From Heteronotia binoei (taxonomy: Eukaryota): a DNA stretch of 64,000 nt. The DNA is taken from NCBI RefSeq assembly GCF_032191835.1, contig NC_083243.1:183768001-183832000 (forward strand), in the 5' to 3' direction. Of the stretch, positions 1-12,476 are shown piece by piece; position 1 is the stretch's first letter, and every line of letters begins with the position of its first letter. The position numbers and the translations under genes were made by a program. The notes beneath the pieces were generated by a model. That model was not told the origin of the DNA. It ran no database searches and saw only the letters and a list, made by a program, of their open reading frames with translations.

Positions 1-884
1 CTCAGAGACGCCTCTGAAGTCAACCCAAAAAACCTTCAAAATGGCAACATCTGGTGACTGTCCTGATCACAAACTCACCCCATCCTTGAGGCCGCTCCAC
101 CTGCCTCAAAAAGGCACCACGGCAAAAGTAATGCCTTTTCGTTGGTGCATCTCCAAGGCGGCTCCTGGCTGCCTGGAAGGTGGGGGAATGCCTGAAGAGT
201 GCCTGGGGAGCCGTGAACGGGATGCATGAGCATTCCAGATGTTCCCCAGGTGCCCACAGCCCACCCCTTTTCCAAGCGCCATTTGGAAGCTCTGGGGTGC
301 TCTATTTCTGGCCAGTTTGCAGCCGCCCCAAACCGGCTGTCTGTTATCAGCCGTCTTCTACCAGTCCCAGGACTCCTGTCATTGCCTTTCTTACATTGCC
401 AATAGTGATGGCGTGTGCTGCTATTGGAGCAAATGCCGAAAGGAGACACTTCAGGAAAAGGGTATATCGCTTATATAATGGAGGGGACAATTATTTGAGC
501 TCAAATAGCTTTATAGTGTACATTCTCAAGATGCTTAATGCTTTCCTGTTGTATGATTTGCCTTCAACATTCACATCAAATATATCAAACTTGAAGAAGT
601 ATTAATTTTGAAAGTGTACTGGGTTCACGGGTTAAGATGGAATTACACACCACTGGGAGATAAGTAAAGCATCTATTAAGTACTTCTTTCATTTGGTAAC
701 CCAACTCAAGAGCCATGTATACTCTTCAACAGATATTTTATTTAGAGCCTCTCTTAGGGCACATTCATACATTCAGCTGCCCGCTGTTGCTCTTGTGCAT
801 AGCAGGAGCTACGCGGCTGCTGGCCAAGGTCATATATTGGAGGAGGAGGGGCTGGGGGTGGCATGTCTGGAGTGCTGGTGCTGC

Positions 885-1080
885 CTGTAGGAGAATACTT
901 CAGCCTTCCAGCACATTAAATGGATGACTTCAAAGTAGCTGCTTTACTGCAAAGGAACTTCATGGAATGGAAAATAGAAAGGGAATTTGCTGATTTACAA
1001 GTTATTATGAAACTTGGAACAAACACCTCCCCGGGACTGAACAAAGATATTGGTCTCTTATCTCATTACATATGCTAACA
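885..1080 (+). mobile_element. Penelope-like element fragment, C-terminal part of GIY-YIG endonuclease (degenerate)
   Basis: Translates as GEYFSLPAH*MDDFKVAALLQRNFMEWKIEREFADLQVIMKLGTNTSPGLNKDIG, resembling the HF-LP-H...KV..L...RE..E...I.KL.T...GLN C-terminus of PLE endonucleases. Confidence 0.7.
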
Positions 1081-1210
1081 TAGGATGGCTTGAGAGGTAT
1101 ATATCCACTGATGGCTTGAGAGGTATATATCCACTGTGTTCTAATGCATTTTTGTATTCACAATTGAACAGAGTAGAGTAGACTCCAGCTTCAATCTACA
1201 GAAAAATATA

Positions 1211-1744
1211 CCGTATTTTTCGGACCATAAGACGCACTCCCCCCCCCCCCCAAAAAAGTGTGTGGGGGGAAAGTGTGTGCGTCTTATGGAGCGAAGGTAG
1301 CTACCTTCCTCCGGGGGGGAGGCGATCCGTTGCCTCTGTCTCTGATCCCGGTGCTTCCCCCGCGCCTGCCTGCCTGGCTCCAGCTTCTTCCAGCAAGCGC
1401 TGGGATCGCTCCACGCTGCCCCCAGCGCTTCGCGAGCGCCGGCTGCGAAGAGGGCAGCGTGCTTCCTCCGTGCCTGTCTGCCTGGCTCTAGCTCTGACGC
1501 TTACAGCAAGCACCAGGATCGCTCCCTCTGCCCTCCGATCCCAGCGCTTGCTGTAAGCGTCAGAGCTGGAGCCAGGCAGACAGGCACGGAGGAAGCACGC
1601 TTCCCTCTCCGCAGCTGGCGCTCGTGAAGCACTGGGTTTGTGATGGGGGCAGTGTGGAGCGATCCCAGTGCTTGCTGGAAGAAGCTGGAGCCAGGCAGGC
1701 AGGCGTGGGGGAAGCGCCGGGATCAGAGGCAGAGGCAACGGATC
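1211..1744. mobile_element. Truncated Tc1/mariner-pogo-like MITE with ~420-bp internal GC-rich palindrome
   Basis: TA followed by CCGTATTTTTCGGACCATAAGACGCAC terminus at 1209-1237; 1325-1520 is the near reverse complement of 1540-1744; no second TIR seen. Confidence 0.65.
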
Positions 1745-1889
1745 TTTGGGCTTTTTCCCTAGAACCCAATGCAACATTACAACAGATTCTAGCTGATGAC
1801 TTTTCACATTTAGGAGGCCTGGTGACATGGACATCAATCTCCAATTCTGATCTTTATTGCCTTTGGTGTTTTTTTCTGCCCCGTCAACT

Positions 1890-2125
1890 CAGGCTAACAA
1901 TTGCCAGTCCCCAACTTCCTATTCTTTTAATCTGCTAAAACAGTTTTCACTATTTTGCATATTAGTTCACATCCCACTCTCTATATATGTAGGACTCCTA
2001 ATTCCATCCCATACTTTTGTCTAATGAAGTGTGCATTTAGCTTACATTGTGAATAAAACTTCATTGGTCTTCAGGTTTCAACTTTGTTCTCTTGCTTCAG
2101 ACCAACACGGTTGCCTACCTGAGTG
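1890..2125 (+). mobile_element. Penelope-like pLTR 3' end
   Basis: CTAATGAAGTGTGC...GCTTAC...AATAAAACTTCATTGGTCTTCAGGT...TTCAGACCAACACGGTTGCCTACCTGA resembles the tail of sauropsid PLE pLTRs. Confidence 0.55.
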
Positions 2126-2435
2126 TAAAAGCAATATGTAATACAGCACTGGAGCCATCTGTTCAAAGAGATCAAACATTCTGTGTGGCCTGTGCACACC
2201 CAACTAGTTTAATTGTGATGCCACTCTTTGGATCCTGGCCACTGCCTATACTTCTCTGTTGTGAGCCATACCCCCCCCCCCCAACACTACATATGAATAC
2301 TGTGACCAGAAGGATTGTTATTTTGCTCCTCAATAAGCAAAGAACAAGATGGGTGGAAGAATGGCAAGAGCAACCAACTTGGAAATGCAATGGCTACCTT
2401 GTTTAAATGTAAACACATTGCTTTTGGACATAAGG

Positions 2436-3331
2436 ACATATGAAGCTGCCTTATACTGAATCAGACCTTTGGTCCATCCAAGTCAGTATTGTCTATTCAG
2501 ACTGGCAGCAGCTCTCCAGGGTCTCAAGTTGAGGTTTTTCATGCCTATTTGCCTGGACTCTTTTTAGTTGGAGATGCCGGGGATTGAACCTGGGACCTTC
2601 TGCTTCCCAAGCAGGTGCTCTACCACTGAGCCACTGTCCCTTCCCATGAACATACGAAGCTGCCTTATATTGAATCAGACCCTTGGTCCATCAAAGTCAG
2701 TATTGTCTTCTCAGACTGGCAGCGGCTCTCCAGGGTCTCCAGCTGAGGATTTTCACACCTATTTGCCTGGACCCTTTTTGGAGATGCTGGGGATTGAACC
2801 TGGGACCTCCTGCTTCCCAAGCAGATGCTCTACCACTGAGCCACCGTCCCTCCCCTGCTCTCCAGGGTCTCAAGCTGAGGTTTTTCACACCTATTTGCCT
2901 GGACCCTTTCAGTTGGAGATGCCAGGGATTGAACCTGGGACCTTCTGCTTCCCAAGCAGATGCTCTACCACTGAGCCACCGTCCCTCCCCTAACATATGA
3001 AGCTGCCTTATACTGAATCAGACCCTTGGTCCATCAAAGTCAGTATTGTCTTCTCAGACTGGCAGCGGCTCTCCAGGGTCTCAAGCTGAGGTTTTTCACA
3101 CCTATTTGCCTGGACCCTTTTTTGGAGATGCCGGGGATTGAACCTGGGACCTCCTGCTTCCCAAGCAGATGCTCTACCACTGAGCCACCGTCCCTCCCCT
3201 GCTCTCCAGGGTCTCAAGCTGAGGTTTTTCACACCTACTTGCCTGGACCCTTTTTTGGAGATGCCAGGGATTGAACCTGGGACCTTCTGCTTCCCAAGCA
3301 GATGCTCTACCACTGAGCCACTGTCCCTCCC
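2436..3331 (-). mobile_element. Tandem array of tRNA-derived Squam3-like SINEs (1 monomer plus 2 dimers)
   Basis: Units 2436-2645, 2646-2855, 2856-2990 (partial), 2993-3199, 3200-3331 (partial); on minus each has box A GTGGCTCAGTGG and box B GGTTCAATCCC; full units end in ...GCAGCTTCATATGT. Confidence 0.85.
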
Positions 3332-3342
3332 TGATGTAGAAA

Positions 3343-3848
3343 TAGTGTTGCCAGGTCTGAATCAAGAAATATCTGGGGACTGTGGGGATGGAGCCAGGAG
3401 ACTTAGGGGGTGGTGCCAGGAGCAAGGGTGTGACAAGTGCAATTGAACTCTGAAAGGAATTGTGGCCATCACATTTAAAGGGGCATGCTCCTTTTAAATG
3501 CCTTCCCTACATTTGGAATGATGAAGGCTAGGGGGGCATTCTTTGGGGGCTCATAGAATCGAACCCCCTGGTCCAATCTTTTTGAAACTTGGGGGGTGTT
3601 TTGCTGAGAGGCACCAGATGCTATGCTGAAAATTTGGTGTACCTATGTAAAAAAACAACCTCCCCAGAGTCCCAGATACCCCTGGATCAATTCTCCATTT
3701 TTCCTTATGGGAATCGGTCTCCATAGAGAATAATGAGTGCTCAGCAGACATTTCCCTCCCCCTGCACCGCTTTCTGATGGCCCTGAAGTGGCAGGAGGAC
3801 CTCCAAACCAGGGGATTCCCTGCGCCCACTTGGGAATTGGCAGCCCTA
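3343..3848. mobile_element. Non-autonomous hAT-type MITE with TAGGGTTGCCA-type TIRs
   Basis: TAGTGTTGCCA ... TGGCAGCCCTA termini; perfect 8-bp TSD TGTAGAAA at 3335-3342 and 3849-3856. Confidence 0.85.
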
Positions 3849-3915
3849 TGTAGAAACATCAGTGTAGAATCATGTGAGACATGGTGAATACAAGTGAGTT
3901 TACTTATCCTTCCTA

Positions 3916-6900
3916 CAGGGGTGGATTAACCATTAAGCAGACTAAGCACATGCTTAGGGCACCAGGGCCAAAGGGGGCACCACAAAGTTGGGAAAAGGGT
4001 GAAAAGAAAAAAAAAACGAATGAAGATTTGTAATAAAATAAAATAAAATGATAAAACTAGTACAAATTTATCATGGTGCATCCTAGGGGTTATCTTCTAT
4101 TTTTTTGTTGGCGAGGTGCAGTGTCATAGGTTATGTTTAAAAGTAAAATGATAGAGCCAAATTCAGTTGCCATGACAGTCATTTCAATGACCCTCTCTGC
4201 CCCTTTTTAATTTTAGCTCCGTGTAAACGTCAATGAAGTGTGTTCCGTTGAGTGATACGCAAAAGAGAAAACGTGCAAAAGAGAACAAGCAAAAGAATCT
4301 GTCTGTTGTAGCCAAGACAGGAAAGCTTGGGACGCCTACAGCATCACAGTAAAAGTCTGAAACCAAGCAAAAACTGTGAAATAATTAACTAAAAAAACTC
4401 AATACACAACTTTATAATCTTATTGCAAAATATTTTAAAGACAAAAACTTATTAACTAATTTACAATTACTTAAAGATATACAACACAAGAAATCATAAT
4501 ATCAAAAATTCATACTAATTACAATTGACAATGCTATCAAAGTTTAATTATTTCATTAATTCAAGTCCTTTTAATAATGTCAATTTCCAACTTCTTAAAA
4601 ATTCACGACGATTCACCCGTCATGAAGGAAGGGTTTTTACCAGAAACAGAAGTAAATGCGCATTCCTGTCAGAGATTTGCTGTATACCCACTTCAACTTC
4701 ACATTTGAAAAGTTCTTGCATGAATATTGGAAGCCTGAAATTTGGCAAGACTGAAAAAGCATCTTGAAAACATAGAAACTTTTCCTGTGGAATTAGATCT
4801 GAGGCACCAGCACTTTAATTCAGCCCGTTGAAATGGGTGAATTGTCGTGAGTTTTTGAGAAGTTGGAAATTGACGTTATTAAAAGGACTTGAATAGATGA
4901 AATAATGAAACTTTGATAGCATTTGCACACTGGCTGAACGAGGATTGACATTCCAAGGAAAAGTGGAAAAATTTGGGTCTCTCAATAATGGGAATTATTT
5001 GGGGCTACTCGAATTGATAAGTCAGTTTAACCCATTCTTGGCTGCTCACATATCACGGTATGGCAATGCTGGAAAAGGCAACCCTTCATACCTGTCCAAA
5101 ATGACATATGAGGAACTTATTGAGTTAATGGCAAAGAAAGTGCACTCTGTCATCATTGATGAAATTAATGTTTCTGGGTACTTCACTCTTTCTGTGGACT
5201 CAATGCCTGATCTTTAGCATGTTGACCAACTGAGCATGGTGCTCAGATACTTGCAAGATGGACAGACAGTTGAAAGATTTATCACATTTTTGGAATTACA
5301 TAACGACACTGGTGAAGCTATGGCACAGCAGGTATTGAAGTACTTATGTGATGATTGTAAACTGGATTTTGCTAAATGCAGAGGTCTGACATATGACAAT
5401 GCTGCCAAAATGTCTGGATGTTACAATGGCATGCAACAAAAACTTTTGGATGCAAATCAGTTTGCCATTTATGTACCCTGTGCAGCTCATTCACTAAATT
5501 TAGTTGGACGAAGTGCTGTGGATTGCTGTCAAGTTGCAGTAGATTTCTTTTCCACTGTACAGCTGTTCTACACATTCTTTTCAGCCTCAACTGCTCAGTG
5601 GAGAATTCTCAAAGATTGCATTGGAAATGAAAAAGTGTTGAAATCACTTTCAGACATAAGATGGGAAGCACATGCTGTGGCAACTGCAGCAATTATGAAC
5701 TCTTTCTTCAAAAGAAACATTCTGGAAGCTTTGGAAGATTTATCAGATGACCAGTTGCAAAAAGGTGGCACTAGAAGGGAGGCAAAAAATATTACAAACA
5801 AGATGCAAGAACTGGAATTTGTGTTCATGCTGAATTTTTGGAATAGAACAAGTCAACTTCTTCAAAGTGAAAATGTGATCTTGCAAACATGTGCAGATTT
5901 GTATTCATCATTGGCAGACCAGTTGCACACATCAAGAGATGAGTTTGAGAGATTTGAATCACTTGCAAAGGACATGCTCCCTGATATAGAATACAAAGCA
6001 ACTCAAATGTGTAAGTGTATTAGAAAGATAATGCCCAACGATGGAAATGTACCAGAGGTCATTCTCAGTGCCAGAGACAAATTCCGTATCTCCACTTTTT
6101 ATGTAATTGTTGAAAAGTTAGAAATGGAAATGAGGAGGAGACGAAAGGAGTATACTGAAATAGCAGACAGATTCTCTTGTCTGACAGTTGTTCCTAATGC
6201 CACCCAACAAGCTGCTAATTCCGAATTATCAGAAAGTGAAAGGTACTCAAAGACTTGTCAGACACTCATTGATGCTTATCCAGATGACATGAACACTTTG
6301 TCTACAGAGCTTCAGCAGTTCCATTCATATGTTCTTCATAAGTTTAAAACAACCAAGAAAACATCTTTCACTCACATGGAACTTTACAACACAATTACAG
6401 AAGACAAACTAGTGTGCCTTTCCAAATTCTGAAATTGCCTTAAGAATATTTTTAACATTAATGGTCACCAACTGCACAACAGAGAGGTCTTTCTCACAAC
6501 GTGTAAAAAACATGTAAAAATGTGTAAACGTGTAAAAAACCCAAATAGATCAGTTATGCTTCAAGAAAGACTCAACTCACTGTGTATATTAACAATTGAA
6601 GCAGACATTCTGAGAAGTATTAATTTCGAGGATGTTATCAGTAATTTTGCGAAAATATTCAGGTCATGAATATTGGAACTTTGATACATTTAACTTGTGA
6701 AATATTAAAATATTAAAACTTTATGTAGCCCAAGCTTGGCTTAGTTTGTAAGGTATACTGTGTTATCATATGAATACATTTTTGTATTGCTGTAACCTGC
6801 ATTGTATATCTGGTCAGACAGGTTAACAACTAAAATGGACTGGGTCAGTGTGGAAAGGAGGGGGGCACCAAGATTGGTCAGTGCTTAGGGCACCAGTGAG

Positions 6901-6916
6901 CCTTAATCCGCCCCTG
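3916..6916 (+). mobile_element. Defective hAT DNA transposon (ZMYM1/DUF4371-like transposase), 3.0 kb
   Basis: TIRs CAGGGGTGGATTAA / TTAATCCGCCCCTG; 8-bp TSD CCTTCCTA (3908-3915) vs CCTTCCTT (6917-6924); internal transposase. Confidence 0.92.
4700..6660 (+). pseudogene. hAT transposase pseudogene
   Basis: ORF 4945-5217 (NNGNYLGLLELI, DUF4371-like), in-frame stop at 5215-5217, ORF 5236-6432 with YDNA, CAAHSLNL (CxxH) and SDIRW motifs, then frameshifted dimerisation-domain sequence (IALRIFLTLMVTNCTTERSFS, QERLNSL). Confidence 0.88.
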
Positions 6917-8323
6917 CCTTCCTTTTCATACCAGCTCTGTGACCAACACAAGACGGCTCTGGTAGCTTCAACAACTGCTATCTTTATTGATTCCAATGAA
7001 TGCTGAGAATTCTTTCTAATGGAGAATTCTTTCTAACGGAAAAGACAGAGAAACTATAATCTCCTCACCAAAACATAAGACCTGAGTTTCCTTCTCTACA
7101 GATGGGGGGAAAGGGAACAGAAACTGGTTCATGAGCTCTCTTTTAATGCTACACTCACATGAACACATCACCCTTAATAACAGAGGATAGAATACCTTGG
7201 TTTTAGGTTGCTAAATCCAGGGAAAGAGATTGAATGCCTCATACTTATTTGAACAGCTCTTTGATATCATTGGAAAAAGGAAGCAATAAATACGTTACCC
7301 ATTTTCTATATCTCTTTTAATTTTTTTGTTCTGCGTTCAGGCTAGGATAAATTGAAATAACTGAATGAATGGCTTGTTACAGTACATTGGAATTTGAAAT
7401 GGCGTTTTATATTTGTTTTTAATTTTAATCCAGCAGTTCTTCCAGGTTTAGGTAGTGCATATTACCAACACTGAAATTTGCTGTTTGAGCGTGCTGTTTC
7501 AAAATCCCAGTGTTCAGATGCATGTGTTTGATAAACTTTATGTGTTTAACTAAAAGGAGAAGTCCAGTTGAATAAAATAAATATACAAGTTGTTATTTTT
7601 AAAAAAAATCTGAAGTCTGCAGATTCAGGCACTCATCCAGAAAGGTTCACCATAAGAAGACCAGTGCTATGGAGTTGCTTATTCAAGCCTCTGTTCTACC
7701 TTGATAGGTTGTCCCAATGTAGAGCGTAACAAAGCAGCCATTTTAAAAAGGAAATTAAAGACCCGTTTCCTGCAAGTAAGACCCTATGCAAGCAGAATGT
7801 ACTTGGTTCAGCCTGAACATTAATTATTCTGTCTTTGAACAATTGAAGTCTGTAAACCTTTTAAGTGCAACATTTCATTATTTATTCAAAAGCTTACATT
7901 GTATTCTGTGAAACTGTGCAAATATGACTAATAAAACTTCTGCTAATGTAGAACTAAGTCAAGCTTGATTTAACTTTGTATATACTTATCCCAAACTACT
8001 TAAATGCCTTCCTATTTGGGGATATTTTCTAGGTTCCTGCTTTACAATATTAAGTGGCTGAAGGTATTCAAAAAGTACATGGTATGTTATTATAATTTCT
8101 AAAGCATTTAAATACATTGTGAAGTGCCTTCTAGTAATTGTTACTCTTTTTAAAATCTACATGAGGAATTCCATGCACAATTTATGTTTCTGGTCTTGAG
8201 TTGCAGATTTCTAAAAATTTGTCTACTAAAGTTAAAATGCATGCTTAGAATGGGGAGGGGAACATTCCAAATCTTCATGAAGAATCACAGGAGGAAAAAC
8301 AATTAAGAAGTCTTTCCTCCAGG

Positions 8324-8984
8324 CAAGGCCTGATCTACATATTTTTTGAGGGGGGCAGGAGTAAAAAAATGTGCCCCCACACAAAAAATAGTGTGGGGGC
8401 AGCACCAGCACTAGAGTGCTGCCTCCCCCACCCCAGGGGAGGGGAAAACTCCCCTGGGGTGGGGGAGGGGAAACTCCCCAGGGGAGGGGAAAACTCAGGG
8501 CTGCTTTTCCACCCTTGCTGAGAGGAGGTGAAAAGAGCCTATCTGATCTTCTTCCCTTCCCATATAAATGAGAGGGGAGGCAGATCCAGGCACGGGGCTG
8601 TTTTCACCACTTCTTTGCCTTGTGGAGAGGCAGTGAAAGGAGCATTTAAATGAGAAGGGAGGCAGATCCAGGCACCAGGCTGTTTTCACCACCTCTCTGC
8701 CTTGCAGAGAGTCAGTGAAAGGAGCTGATATGCCTCCCTTCCCATTTAAAGACGCCACCAGCCAGCTGAATGCGGGGTCTTTAAATGTGGAGGGAGGCAG
8801 ATGGGGGGTGCCGGGCTGTTTTTGATGCCTCTCCGCAAGAGAGAGAGGCGGGAAAAGCAGCCGATCTGCCGTGCTGCTGGCTTGCTCCGCTCACTTGCCC
8901 CCTGGGCAGTGCCCAATTCGGCATCCCCCCAGGCACCACCGGGGGCAAGGTACCCCATGTGCCCACCCCTTAGATCCAGCCCTG
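8324..8984. mobile_element. hAT-type MITE
   Basis: CAAGGCCTGATCTA ... TAGATCCAGCCCTG termini; perfect 8-bp TSD CCTCCAGG at 8316-8323 and 8985-8992. Confidence 0.85.
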
Positions 8985-9680
8985 CCTCCAGGATTTGAGA
9001 CGGCCTGAGTAGGCTGGTTTCTGATTTCCCTTTAACTATTGGCATTCACTGCACAGTCATCCCTCATCATAATTTTTCTTATTGTGTTTTTAATTTACAG
9101 GAGCATATTTTCTGTATATCTGAGAAACTCTCCAAAGTAAGTAGGAACCCTACCTTTTCTGTGACTTTGTGGCATTTCTGACTAGCATAGGAACCAGCTG
9201 TTTTATTTTTAGATATAGTGATGGGTACCTGCCCCTTATGCATCTAAAGTTCAGCAGATGACATCATTGTCTGGAGATACCAGGAGCCATCCACTTAGTC
9301 AATATTGATGGGCATTCCCTTAGCTTCCATTGTCCACTAGCACTTCCGTGCTCAGCAGGAAGGAAAAAAAAAAACATTGAAATGCTGTCAGGTGAGAGTG
9401 ATGTCGCTTCTAAGGAAAACCCAGAGGTCATTCATTTTGTTCCAGGATTGCCAACAGAGTTCCTGGAGATTCCTAGAAAAGAATGACATCCCCCTCTGAG
9501 TTTTCTCAGATGTGACATCACACCCTCAATGCCCCACATCCCTCTTCAATCATCAGCTGTTAGACACCAGCTGGCAACCCTAGCCCAATTTAACAGTGGT
9601 ACTGGCTGAAGAAAAATGTACTTGTGTGATTTCGTATGTGTCCAAGATTTTGTTTATGTGCCTTTACACATGCAATTTTA

Positions 9681-9946
9681 GGCCGTTTTCCCACAGACCT
9701 TACCGCGGCGCAACGTCCCTCTTCACCGCGCAGCATCTGCGCGGATTTCCCACCAACTGCTCCGCAGAACCAGGAAGTGCCGGACCTTTTGCATCGCAGA
9801 TGTAAACCGCTAAAAACCAGTTTACGTTAGCGATGCAAAAGCTGCGGCTCTTCCTGGTTATGCGGAGCAGTTGGTGGGAAATCCGTGCAGACACTGCGTG
9901 GTGAAGAGGGACGTCGCTCCGTGGTAAGGTCTGTGGGAAAACGGCC
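9681..9946. mobile_element. Palindromic PIF/Harbinger-type MITE
   Basis: GGCCGTTTTCCCACAG ... CTGTGGGAAAACGGCC long inverted arms; 3-bp TSD TTA on both sides. Confidence 0.8.
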
Positions 9947-10239
9947 TTAGTGTTCCAAGGATTGGTGGTGCAGGTAAACATTGCTGATGTCTCTTGAGAA
10001 GCAACCCAGTTTAAAGGAGACCTTGCAGCATTAACTGGGTACGTTTTTTTTTCCCCCTGCCAGTGAGTGTTAATCTGGACTTCTGGAGGCCAGTTTTCGT
10101 TTTTCATTTTCCATGGGTTGTGTATGGATTCTCACCGTCTTTCATCTATTTGTGAACAGCAAGCCTCTCTCAGTTTCTGTGGTCACAATCAAGACAATAA
10201 TGCATCATCACCATCATCATTACTATCTGTTTATTTATA

Positions 10240-10735
10240 TCCCACCCATTCCCCATAGGGGCTCAGAGTGGAGCACAACACGAATAATAAAATCACAATA
10301 AAAACCAACGTAACGATAAAACATTGTTATTGCAGTAAAAGTTACTGCATAACAGTAAAAACCAGTTACACTGTTCAGTCCAACAGAATAGTTCAGCACA
10401 ACCAAGATGGTATAACAATACGATGCAGCAAAACAGCGCAGTAGGATAGTACAGTAGGGGAGGCCAACCGATCTAGAGAATAGATGCCCGCCGCCTCACC
10501 CAAAAACCTGGCAGAACAGCTCCGTTTTACAGGCCCTACGAAAGGCTAACAAGTCAGGTAGGGCGCGGATCTTCATAGGGAGCTGATTCCACCAGGTTGG
10601 GGCCAGGATTGAGAAAGACCTGGCCCTGGTAGAGGCAAGACGGGCATCTCTTGAGCCAGGAACGGTCAGAAGATCTTGGGAGGCCAAGTGAAGTGACCTC
10701 CGGAGCATATATGAGATGAAAACAAGAGGCTTTCA
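10240..10735 (-). mobile_element. L2 LINE 3' fragment
   Basis: ORF 10496-10708 LRRSLHLASQDLLTVP...ARSFSILAPTWWNQLP...FRRACKTELF is an L2 ORF2 C-terminus; L2-type 3' tail near 10245. Confidence 0.8.
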
Positions 10736-10989
10736 TTCCACCCCCAATACCATTTTCTCAACCTGAAATGGTCATAGAAGGGTGCTATTTGCCTGATCAG
10801 GCCTCAGATTCATCAGGATCTCACAGGAGCACAGCTCCTCAACCTTTCTGAGGCTTCCCCCTCTTCCTCTCCGTCTATCTTGTCCATTGAATAGTAGGTG
10901 CAGCTGCATAACAATATCTGGATTAGGAGAGTGGGCCGCCAGCCAGCCAGCCACCAGGGGCTTTGACACCCCCCCCAGCAACCCTCATT

Positions 10990-11243
10990 AACCTCTGGAG
11001 AAGCCCACATACCTTTTCTCCACTTCTTATGTGATTTTGGGCGGTGGGTAGCTTGCTGGCCTTTTGACTGTGGGGGGAAGGCAGTCAAGGAGAGCCCCAG
11101 GTGAGCAAAGCCTGCTTGGGCTGGCACTTGCCCAGGGCTCTCCTTTCTTGCATTGGGTTGCTTTTGGATGGTGGGGGGTGGCATATGCTAATGAGTTATG
11201 CTAATGAGCTCCACCACCTATTTTTCTACAAAATGACCCCTGT
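10990..11243 (-). mobile_element. hAT-like DNA transposon terminal fragment
   Basis: Ends in ...CTACAAAATGACCCCTG (reverse complement CAGGGGTCATTTTGTAG) with subterminal ATGCTAATGAG repeats. Confidence 0.5.
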
Positions 11244-12039
11244 GTCTGATTAAGGAAACCAATGTGGAACCCATTAGTGCATTAGCAGACATGTGCAGGC
11301 CACAGTGACATGAACAGTTCCATGCAGGCCATTCCAGATCAGGAATACTGCATGGGGGAAGGGAGTCTCAAACTCCTTCCCCCATGCACTGTGTGCAGAG
11401 GAGTTGTGAGGGGTTTGCCAAACTCCAGGTGGTGCCTAGAGATCTCCTGGAATACAAGTGATCTACAGACTATGTGGATTGTTTTCCCCTGTAAAAAATA
11501 GACTGTATGACATTATACTTGGCTGAAGTCCCTCTCCTCCCCAAACCCTACATTCCCCAGGCTCCCCCCCCACCCACCCACAGAAAAAGCCTCCAGGATT
11601 TTTCCAACCCTAGTTGAGAGGAACTCACAGCTTTTGGCATCAAGTCACAACTGACTTGTAGAGGATTTTATGGCAAGATACACACCTACACACACACATA
11701 CACCAGTACTAGAGTCCTTAGAGATGCTGACTAGGAACTGCTTGATGTAACTGAACACAATAGTCTGCCACGATTGGCCACATGATTGTTAGTGATAGAA
11801 AATGTACAGCCAGGTCATAAAATAACTACAGTGAGGGTCAACAGAACTCCCCCTTACAGTCAAGTTTTATATGCTTCTGAGCAGAACAAGCAGTATATAG
11901 AATTGGATACAAGGGTTCTATGACTAAAACAAGGGATAACACACCTCTTTGTTCTAGTATTTCCTTCAACATGACCAGTGAGGGATAATGGTTAGATTAG
12001 GATCAGGGAGATCAAATTGCATATTCCATTTGGAAGATC

Positions 12040-12385
12040 ATATGAACATATGAAGCTGCCTTATACTGAATCAGTCCCTCAGTCCATCAAAGTCAGTATT
12101 GTCTTCTCAGACTGGCAGCGGCTCTCCAGGGTCTCAAGCAGAGGTTTTTCACACCTATTTGCCTGGACCCTTTTTTTGAAGATGTCAGGGATTGAACCCG
12201 GGACCTTCTGCTTCCCAAGCAGATGCTCAGCCACTGAGCCACCATCCCTCCCCTGCTCTCCAGGGTCTGAAGCTGAGGTTTTCACACCTTTTTGCCAGGA
12301 CCCTTTTTTTGAGATGCCGGGGATTGAACCTGGGACCTTCTGCTTACCAAGCAGATGCTCTACCACTGAGCCACCGTCCCTCCCC
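12040..12385 (-). mobile_element. Dimeric Squam3-like tRNA SINE
   Basis: Full monomer 12040-12253 joined to a head-only monomer 12254-12385 with the same junction CCCTCCCCTGCTCTCCAGGGTCT as at 2855 and 3199. Confidence 0.85.
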
Positions 12386-12476
12386 TGAATGAATGCTCTT
12401 AGGCCTCTTGCTTTTTCTTTCAACATAATCTATCTCACAAAGTTGCTGCAGGATAGAATGGTAGAGAAAAGAAGAA

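Noticed and set aside
1085-1136. 26-bp tandem duplication (similar small ones at 7003-7037 and 23179-23245)
   Set aside because: Ordinary slippage duplications
2436-3331. Regularly repeated array resembling CRISPR or a tRNA gene cluster
   Set aside because: Units are SINEs with long bodies, no unique spacers and no complete cloverleaf; vertebrate context
5236-6432. Host ZMYM1-like gene
   Set aside because: Lies within TIRs and TSD with a stop and frameshifts; transposase pseudogene, no sign of domestication
9101-9136. Plus-strand 36-bp exon-like segment (TTTACAG|...|GTAAGT)
   Set aside because: Opposite strand to the supported gene and no recognisable peptide (EHIFCISEKLSK or SIFSVYLRNSP); such site pairs arise by chance
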